A DNA stretch of 52,422 nt from Pseudomonadota bacterium (GTDB lineage Bacteria > Bdellovibrionota_B > Oligoflexia > Oligoflexales > CAIYRB01). Within the stretch, counting starts at the first letter, position 1; each line of letters opens with the position of its first letter. Under the pieces are notes generated by a model. The model saw only the letters and a program-made list of their open reading frames with translations, was not told the DNA's origin and did not search any database. A program made the translations under genes and the position numbers. The stretch covers positions 1 through 52,422 of the forward strand of contig JANOTL010000020.1 of the NCBI GenBank assembly GCA_031416315.1. The letters are read 5' to 3'. Of this stretch, positions 45,477 to 52,422 are shown piece after piece.

Positions 45477-46943
45477 ATGTCGCGATGGGTCGTCGCGCTC
45501 ATTCTCTCTCTGCCCGCCCAAGCCCGTAGCGCTGGCGCGGCGCCCGCCGTTTCGTACGAAAGCTTCCTAGCGGCCGTCGCTTCGGGCCATCCGGAACGGT
45601 TGATCGATGAAACGCGTCGCGCCGAAGCTCATTCCATCGGCGAGCGATCCGGGCTGCTCGCGGACCCCGTCCTGACGATTGGTCGCGACGAGGCGCCTTT
45701 GCCGAACGCGCTGCAAGCGATGCCTGCGGATCCTATGGGTCTCGACGCCGCGCAATGGCAAGTATCGCTGTCACAGTCGATTCCGTGGCCAGGCACTTTG
45801 GCAGCCGAGCGCGACGCCGCTTCCGCGCGCGTCACCTCCGTCGACCGGCAGAGCGCTGCAACCGCAGCGATCCGAAGATTTGAGGCGGCAGAGCTTTTCC
45901 TTCGTCTCGTCAGAACGGCGAAGCTCATCGAGATCCAGCGCGCGTCCCTCGACGTCGTGCACGGCATCCGAAATTTCGCGAACGAGAAATTTAAGCAGGG
46001 TCTCGGCTCACATTTCGAGTTCCTCAAGAGTCATAGCGAAGCAGGAGTTCTACGCGCGAACATTGGTGCGCTCGAAACGGATCTAGAGAATCTGAAGAGG
46101 CACGCTCTCCTTCTGATGAACGATCCGAAGACGGACGATCCGGGCATGGTCGAATTCACGCTGGAGTGGCCGAAGAATTCGCTTTCGACAGGATCGCCGC
46201 AGCCGCCTTCCGATCAGGCCGACGTCTCGCGAAAGTGGCTGGAGGAACAGCGTCGTGTAACCCTCGCTCAGAAGGAGGCGGACTACTTGCGTTCCTTACC
46301 GACATTCTCGGCATCCGGCATGCTCATGCAGGAAGACGGCGGGATGCGCATGTACGGCATGGCGATCGGCGCATCCGTCCCGATCTTTTCCGGCGTTCGT
46401 CGCGAATCACTCGCTTCTGAGAAAGCGCTCGTCGATGCGCGGACAGGCGGAGAGCTCGCCTGGTACGACAAGCGTCGCAAGCTCGCCTTGGCTCAAGTCG
46501 AGGGCCGCATCGACCGGATCCTCGGCAACCTGCGAATCTTGGAGCGCGAAATCATTCCTCCCGTTCGAGAGCACCTGGACTCGGCAATGGTCCGTTTCGG
46601 CCAGGGCAAGGAAGATATCGCGCACATCATCGGAGGGCGGCAGACTTTGCTGGGCCTCGAGACCGACACCGTTCTGATGTCGGAGGCCCTGGCTCGCGCG
46701 CGCCTGGCATACGAAAAAGTCGCTGCCGGATTGGTCGACGCCGAGCTCGACATGCCTCTTCCACAGCTATCGGGCGCGGCGTCCGGCGGCATGGGGATGA
46801 GCCCATCGAGCGGCGCATCCATGCCGGGCATGGCGCCGCCGCGAAGTTCGTCGCCTGCCAAAGAACCGGGTCGGTCGCCGACCGATGCGTCGCCCGAAGA
46901 AAATGCGCCGCCCGCTGGCGGCATGTCCGGGATGGGAATGTGA
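45477..46943 (+). CDS. TolC-family outer membrane factor with Met-rich tail (CusC-like)
   Basis: LSQSIPWPG, helical repeats, FGQGK, C-terminal GGMSGMGM; start uncertain. Confidence 0.88.
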   Translation: MSRWVVALILSLPAQARSAGAAPAVSYESFLAAVASGHPERLIDETRRAEAHSIGERSGLLADPVLTIGRDEAPLPNALQAMPADPMGLDAAQWQVSLSQSIPWPGTLAAERDAASARVTSVDRQSAATAAIRRFEAAELFLRLVRTAKLIEIQRASLDVVHGIRNFANEKFKQGLGSHFEFLKSHSEAGVLRANIGALETDLENLKRHALLLMNDPKTDDPGMVEFTLEWPKNSLSTGSPQPPSDQADVSRKWLEEQRRVTLAQKEADYLRSLPTFSASGMLMQEDGGMRMYGMAIGASVPIFSGVRRESLASEKALVDARTGGELAWYDKRRKLALAQVEGRIDRILGNLRILEREIIPPVREHLDSAMVRFGQGKEDIAHIIGGRQTLLGLETDTVLMSEALARARLAYEKVAAGLVDAELDMPLPQLSGAASGGMGMSPSSGASMPGMAPPRSSSPAKEPGRSPTDASPEENAPPAGGMSGMGM

Positions 46944-48355
46944 TGCGTATTTTCCGGTTATTGATTCTTCTGATGGCCGCGGTCCCGGAGCAGGCCTTCG
47001 CCGCGATCAAGGCCGAGCTCATGCCAAAACCGAATCCGCCCCAGTCGGGCGACAACACGCTCGAAATCAAGCTCCAGTCCGAAGACGGCAAGCCGCTGGA
47101 CGGTGCAAAGCTCGATCTTCTCGTTTTCATGCCCGCGATGGGGACGATGCCGCGCATGGAAGAGAAGAGCACGGTCGAGCCGAAGGGTAATGGAACGTAC
47201 CTTGCTCATTTCGAGCTCTCGATGGACGGCTCGTGGGAAATGGCACTTCAAGTTACTGGCGGCAGCGAGACGGCGACGCTTCATTACAGTGTGACGACGG
47301 GAATTCCGGGGGTCGAGAGCAAAGGAACTGCCAGCACGAAAAGCGACGGTGCCACGACTCCCACCCAACTCATGGACTTAGGTCCTGAGCGTCTGCAGAA
47401 AATCGGAGTTCGCTTCGCGGAGGCGAAGATTCAGCCCCTGACGAAAGTCGTCGAATCCGTCGGCATCGTCGAGCAAGACCAAACGCATCGTGAAGAAGTC
47501 ACGGTGCGCTATAACGGCTATGTCGTCAAACAATTCGTCGGCCGCGTCGGCGACTCCGTGAAGGCTGGCGACGCCCTGTTTAGCGTCTACAGCCCCGATC
47601 TCGTATCGGCACAAAGCGAGCTACTACTCGCGGATTCCCTTTCAGCAAGCGGCAGCGGTCATTCCCTTCCCGCGGCCGCAGCAGAGAAGGTCAAAAACAT
47701 GGGGCTAACGGACCGCGACCTCGCGCAGATCCGAAAGACCAAGAAGCCCTTGCGAGACTTCATCATCCGCGCCAAGGTCTCGGGAACCGTTTTAGACGTT
47801 GCCCTGCGGGAAGGTGCGTCCATCGCCGCGGGTCAGGTCGCTTACCTGATCGGCGACCTGAGCAAGACCTACATCGTCGCACGGGTCTTTCAGCAGGATC
47901 TCGGCGAGCTGCGCGTCGGACAGCGCGTCGAAGTGCTCGTTCCAGGCGGGCCGACCAAGCCGTTGGCGGGCAAAATCAATCTGATCTACCCGCAAGTCGA
48001 ACAAGGCGCCGGGACCGGTAACGTCCGCGTCGAGGTCGCGGAGGCATCAGCGGCGATCCGGCCGGGAATCTATGCGGAGCTGCGCTTCCTCCTCGAGCTC
48101 GGTAACGTTCTCGCGCTGCCATCCGAAGCCATCCTTTACTCGGGCCGACACCGATACGTCTTCGTCGATCACGGCAACGGTAGCTTGGAGCCTCGCGAGG
48201 TTTCGGTCGGCCGCGTCTCGAGCGGCTTTAGTGAGATCCGTGACGGGCTGAAGGCCGGAGACCGAGTCGCCGCGAGTGGTACTTTCCTCTTGGGCTCGGA
48301 GGCTCAACTGCGGTCAGCCCTGCCGAAGTGGACTTCGGCCGAGGTCGCTCCGTGA
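46943..48355 (+). CDS. cusB: CusB-like periplasmic adaptor with N-terminal YtkA/FixH-like domain
   Basis: FMPAMGTMP..GTY..SMDGSW domain; YSPDLVSAQSE, IYPQV, GLKAGDRV. Confidence 0.88.
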   Translation: MRIFRLLILLMAAVPEQAFAAIKAELMPKPNPPQSGDNTLEIKLQSEDGKPLDGAKLDLLVFMPAMGTMPRMEEKSTVEPKGNGTYLAHFELSMDGSWEMALQVTGGSETATLHYSVTTGIPGVESKGTASTKSDGATTPTQLMDLGPERLQKIGVRFAEAKIQPLTKVVESVGIVEQDQTHREEVTVRYNGYVVKQFVGRVGDSVKAGDALFSVYSPDLVSAQSELLLADSLSASGSGHSLPAAAAEKVKNMGLTDRDLAQIRKTKKPLRDFIIRAKVSGTVLDVALREGASIAAGQVAYLIGDLSKTYIVARVFQQDLGELRVGQRVEVLVPGGPTKPLAGKINLIYPQVEQGAGTGNVRVEVAEASAAIRPGIYAELRFLLELGNVLALPSEAILYSGRHRYVFVDHGNGSLEPREVSVGRVSSGFSEIRDGLKAGDRVAASGTFLLGSEAQLRSALPKWTSAEVAP

Positions 48356-51300
48356 TTGCACGGATCATCCGAGCTTGTGCGGCGAACCCAATCATGACGG
48401 TCGTACTGACCGCCGTGATCGTCGTGCTCACCATCTTTTCCATGCGAAAGCTTCCGCTCGACGCGCTGCCGGACCTTTCCGACACCCAGGTCATCGTTTA
48501 CGCCGATTGGCCTGGCCGCTCTCCGGACCTCGTCGAGGATCAGGTCACCTATCCCCTGGCCTCGACTCTGCTGGCGTCGCCTCGGGTCAAGTACGTCCGC
48601 GGCCTATCGATGCTCGGCGGGACGCAGATTCTCATCGTTTTCGAGGACGGGACCGATCTCTACTGGGCGCGCTCCCGCATTGCAGAGAAGCTAGCGTCCG
48701 TCGCGCAGCTTCCTCAAGGCGTGACCCCGATGCTCGGTCCGGAAGCTACGGGCCTTGGCTGGGTCTTCCAGTATGCCTTGGTCGACCGGTCTGGGAAAAA
48801 CGATCTCGCACAGCTTCGCTCCCTGCAGGACTGGCACTTGCGTCTAGCGCTGCAGTCGGTTCACGGCGTCGCCGAAGTCGCGGCGATCGGCGGGCACGTC
48901 AAACAATACGAGGTGAGTCTCGACCCGCGACGCTTGAGCGCGCTCAAAGTCTCGCCGCTGCAAGTAGCGCGGGCAATTCGCGCAGGGAACCAAGAGATCG
49001 GTGCCAACGTCATCGAGCTTGGTGGGGCTGAGCTGGCGATCCGCGGCCGCGGCTACATCAAGGGTATGGATGAGATTCGGTCCATCCCCGTGGCCATGCT
49101 CGACAAAGGCCGGGTCGTCACGGTCGGCGACGTCGGAGTGGTCCAGGCCGTGCCGGCGACGCGGGTCGGAGTCAGCGAGCTGGACGGGGAAGGGGAAGCG
49201 GTCGGCGGGATCGTCGTCATGCGCATCGGCGAGAATGCGCTGACCGTGATCGAGCGGGTCAAAGAGCGCCTCGCGGAACTGACGCAATCCCTGCCCGAAG
49301 GCGTCGAAATCGTTCCAGTCTACGATCGGTCGGGCCTCATCTATCGCGCGATCTCGACCTTGCGGCGCGTCTTGGTCGAGGAGATTTTGGTCGTCGGCTT
49401 ACTCGTCGCCTTGTTCCTCTGGCACGCTCGAGCGAGCTGGGTCGCGATCTTGCCGCTTCCCGTAGCAGTGTTGCTTTCCTTTCTTCCGATGGCCGCGAGC
49501 GGTCTTACCGTGAACCTGATGTCTTTGGGAGGCATCGCGCTGGCGATCGGCGCGATGGTGGATGCCGGCATCATCCTGGTCGAGAATGCGCATAAACAAC
49601 TCGAGGGACGACATACGAAGGACATCCCCGAGGACGAGAGACGACGGATCATCACCGAAGCCATGGTCGAAATGGGGCGACCCTTGTTCTTCTCGCTCCT
49701 CGTCATTACGGTCTCCTTCATCCCGATTTTCGCGCTAGAAGGACGAGAGGGCCGGCTCTTCGGTCCGCTCGCTTTCACGAAGACGGTCTCGATGGCGTGG
49801 GCCGCTTTGCTCGCGATCACGTTGACACCGGCTCTGGCGATCCTGCTTCTTCGCGGAAACTTTGTCGGCGAAGACAAGCACCCGATCAGCCGCGTTTTGC
49901 ATCGGCTCTACGAGCCCGTCGTCGATTTCGTCGTGCGCTGGAAAAAGTCCGTCGTTACGGGCGCTTTGGTTCTCGTCGCGCTGACGATTCCGATCGTCTT
50001 CAAAATTCCGTCCGAGTTCATGCCGCCGCTGAATGAGGGCTCGATCCTTTACATGCCGACGGCCGTGCCGGGGATGAGCATCGACACCGCCGTGCAAACC
50101 CTACAAACGCAAGACGCGATCATCAAGGCGATGCCCGAGGTCGAGCACGTCTTCGGGAAGGCCGGCCGTGCGGCGACGGCGACCGACCCTGCACCGGTCA
50201 ACATGTTCGAGACGGTGATCACGCTGAAGCCCGAAAGCGCTTGGCGAGAGGGCATGACGTACGAAAAGATCGTGGCTGAGCTGAATTCGAAACTCACGTT
50301 TCCCGGAATGCCGAACATCTGGTGGATGCCGATTCAGACGCGGATCGAGATGCTGTCAACCGGCGTCCGAACGCCCATCGGGATCAAGGTTCTTGGCGCC
50401 GATCTGGCGTCGATCGAGAAAGCTGCGATTGACATCGAGTCGGTGCTTAGGGAACTGCCAGAGACCAAGTCGGCATTTGCCGAGCGAATCGGCTCGGGCG
50501 CATACGTGGACATTTCGATAAAGCGAAACGTAGCGGCTCTTTATGGCCTCAATATTGCCGATGTCCACAATCTGGTCGAGATGGCGGTCGGCGGCAGTCC
50601 GGTCTCGACCGCCATCGAAGGGCGCGAGCGCTACGCTATAACCGTTCGATATGCGCGAGATTTCCGTAGTGACCTGGAAGCCCTCGGCAAGCTCGTGATT
50701 CCCACTCCGACGGGGCAAGAAGTCTCGTTGGCGCAGATTGCCGAGCTTTCCGTCAATTCAGGCGCGCCGATGATCGCGAGCGAGAACGGCAAAGTGCTCG
50801 GCTTCGTATTCGTCGACGTCGGTCGCGACGTCGGCATGAGCGAATACGTGGCGCAGGCGAGAAAGCTCGTCGCGAAGAAGGTAAAGCTACCTTCAGGCGT
50901 GACACTGGAGTGGTCGGGGCAATTCGAAGCGTTGGAAAGCGCGCGGAAGACCTTGCTCTTGGTCGTTCCCGCGGTACTCGTGCTGATCATTTTCATTCTG
51001 TTTCTGAACACGGGATCGATCGTCGAGGTCGCGATTATCCTATTGGCCGTCCCGTTTTCACTGATTGGGGCGTTCTGGCTGCTCTGGGCTCTCGAGTACA
51101 AGCTGTCGGTGGCGACATGGGTGGGAATTCTGGCGCTTGCCGGGTTGGACGCCGAGACCGGCGTCGTGATGTTGCTTTACCTAACGAAGGCTCATGCTGA
51201 GCGCGTGAAGGCTGCGGGTGTGTCGTCCGCAAAAGTTCTGGCCGAAGCAATTCACGAAGGCGCTGTTCAACGCGTACGACCCAAATTGATGACGGTTGCG

Positions 51301-51471
51301 GCCGCTTTGCTCGGGCTTTTACCGGTCATGTGGGCTACCGGGACGGGATCTGAAGTCATGAAGCGCATTGCCGCTCCGATGGTCGGTGGCATCGTGACGT
51401 CCGGGTTGCTCGAGCTGCTCGTCTATCCGGCGATCTTCGCGATTTGGAAGGGGCGATCAGTTAAAATATAG
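48352..51471 (+). CDS. cusA: Cu(I)/Ag(I) RND permease
   Basis: PLDALPDLSDTQVI, VEDQVTYP, Met triad (LYMP, NMFET, IEMLSTG), RVRPKLMT. Confidence 0.96.
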   Translation: MIARIIRACAANPIMTVVLTAVIVVLTIFSMRKLPLDALPDLSDTQVIVYADWPGRSPDLVEDQVTYPLASTLLASPRVKYVRGLSMLGGTQILIVFEDGTDLYWARSRIAEKLASVAQLPQGVTPMLGPEATGLGWVFQYALVDRSGKNDLAQLRSLQDWHLRLALQSVHGVAEVAAIGGHVKQYEVSLDPRRLSALKVSPLQVARAIRAGNQEIGANVIELGGAELAIRGRGYIKGMDEIRSIPVAMLDKGRVVTVGDVGVVQAVPATRVGVSELDGEGEAVGGIVVMRIGENALTVIERVKERLAELTQSLPEGVEIVPVYDRSGLIYRAISTLRRVLVEEILVVGLLVALFLWHARASWVAILPLPVAVLLSFLPMAASGLTVNLMSLGGIALAIGAMVDAGIILVENAHKQLEGRHTKDIPEDERRRIITEAMVEMGRPLFFSLLVITVSFIPIFALEGREGRLFGPLAFTKTVSMAWAALLAITLTPALAILLLRGNFVGEDKHPISRVLHRLYEPVVDFVVRWKKSVVTGALVLVALTIPIVFKIPSEFMPPLNEGSILYMPTAVPGMSIDTAVQTLQTQDAIIKAMPEVEHVFGKAGRAATATDPAPVNMFETVITLKPESAWREGMTYEKIVAELNSKLTFPGMPNIWWMPIQTRIEMLSTGVRTPIGIKVLGADLASIEKAAIDIESVLRELPETKSAFAERIGSGAYVDISIKRNVAALYGLNIADVHNLVEMAVGGSPVSTAIEGRERYAITVRYARDFRSDLEALGKLVIPTPTGQEVSLAQIAELSVNSGAPMIASENGKVLGFVFVDVGRDVGMSEYVAQARKLVAKKVKLPSGVTLEWSGQFEALESARKTLLLVVPAVLVLIIFILFLNTGSIVEVAIILLAVPFSLIGAFWLLWALEYKLSVATWVGILALAGLDAETGVVMLLYLTKAHAERVKAAGVSSAKVLAEAIHEGAVQRVRPKLMTVAAALLGLLPVMWATGTGSEVMKRIAAPMVGGIVTSGLLELLVYPAIFAIWKGRSVKI

Positions 51472-51508
51472 CTGAGTCATTCTCTCTCGGTAGCACAAAA
51501 ACATTAGT

Positions 51509-51538
51509 TAGACCCTGGCGCGAAAGCGCCAGGGTCTA
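51509..51538. terminator. Perfect 13-bp hairpin with GAAA loop after cusA
   Basis: TAGACCCTGGCGC-GAAA-GCGCCAGGGTCTA; no T-run on + strand. Confidence 0.6.
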
Positions 51539-52273
51539 TCCCGAGCGGAGCGAGGGATCTCGGCGATTACACCTGCGCCGCCGCTTCCCGGCACCATCAT
51601 GACAGCACCCGTCGATCAGGATTGGCGGCGCTGATGAGTAGCCTACCCGTCGCGATTCAGCCGAATCCTGCGTTGCCCTACTTTGACCACAATTTTGGAC
51701 CCCAGGTGGACCCCAGAGTTTTGCGCCCGGTTGCGGTCCAAGAGCGAAATCCGCGGTCCAAGCGGTGGATCCGCGCGCGAACACCTGATGACCGGGCGCC
51801 GGTATGGTCGCGAACTTGCACCAACGTCAGGTAGCCGCATTTTGACTAAGTTGGAGGAACGTCATGACTAAGAAAACACTCGTGCCTGCGCTTTGGTCCT
51901 TCGCCGCTTTGCTTTTCAGCACCGCCGAAGATGAGGTCACGACCTGCGGCTTCCAAGCGTAGCCAAGAGGGCAAAGACCGAGCCCGCTCTGAAGATTGCC
52001 CTAGTCGGCGGCAAGGAACTCGAGCCTGGCGGGTTGCGCCAGGGCCTCGTGCGCGCCAGCTATTAGAACTGCTGCAACGCCACAATAGATGCGGAGGCGC
52101 AGTTCAAGGAACTCGCAATCTGACCCAGTTGGCAGTCCCGGCCGACCCTCGCCTCGTTCGAGCGCTGGAAAACCTTCCGCCGTGACAGAGGTCGCTAAGT
52201 GGCGAGCGCGCGGAGGTCAGGATTCGAGCACAGGGCCGGCCGACTCGCACGGCCGACAGGTCTACGAACTTTT

Positions 52274-52422
52274 TCAGCCCCAACGATGAGGCTGTTTCTC
52301 CTTCACGCCGAATGCGGATGACATAACGTCCGTCCCCAGGCGTTTCTCGGGGTCTCGGGTCGGAGCCCTCAATCTGCGTGTTTCTACCTCCCAAATCCAT
52401 CCACTTACAACCACGTCCTTCG
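52274..52422 (-). CDS. 3' end of a beta-carbonic anhydrase-family gene (partial, runs off window)
   Basis: Manual translation KDVVVSGWIWEVETRRLRAP...HRWG* resembles the beta-CA terminal strand G..(Y/W)(D/E)V.T.RL. Confidence 0.55.
   Translation of the reverse strand, partial: KDVVVSGWIWEVETRRLRAPTRDPEKRLGTDVMSSAFGVKEKQPHRWG

Noticed and set aside
51864..52123. Short ORF with GGAGGA RBS and broken continuation
   Set aside because: Multiple stops and no recognisable family; at most a decayed gene
52104..52400. 98-aa minus-strand ORF in the track
   Set aside because: Another frame gives a more convincing beta-CA-like C-terminus
1..52422. rRNA, complete tRNA, CRISPR array, integrase or intact transposase
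   Set aside because: None recognisable by eye in this window

Overview
GC-rich (visually ~60%) bacterial accessory region that reads as a large heavy-metal, mainly copper, island. Standard parts: ArsR/CmtR-like repressor with a CDF transporter and DsbB/DsbA, a MerR regulator, two RND tripartite pumps (one His-type CzcA-like, one Met-triad CusA), CopZ, CopA, a CorE-like Cys-rich ECF sigma, CsoR, a Tat-exported small multicopper oxidase and two further ECF sigma/anti-sigma pairs. A glycan-modification cassette (PLP decarboxylase, GT2, ATP-grasp, flippase, truncated acyltransferase) interrupts it, and several gene remnants are present (IS256, ynfA, CopM/DUF305, hydrolase). The most striking feature is a regulatory network readable from the DNA. 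Four CsoR-type operators and six exact GTCACA-N17-GTA ECF-type promoters point at uncharacterised exported proteins: two paralogous ~560-580 aa beta-rich proteins, c-type cytochrome lipoproteins, two stand-alone alpha-hairpin proteins and small His/Cys proteins. Two DH-motif helical paralogs and two His-rich beta-propellers (one fused to two heme sites) lie in the same block. This looks like an undescribed extracytoplasmic copper-handling system under a CsoR-to-ECF cascade; that function is inference. Host is not determinable; the gene style suggests a Bdellovibrionota/Myxococcota-like Gram-negative (inference). No database searches were run.
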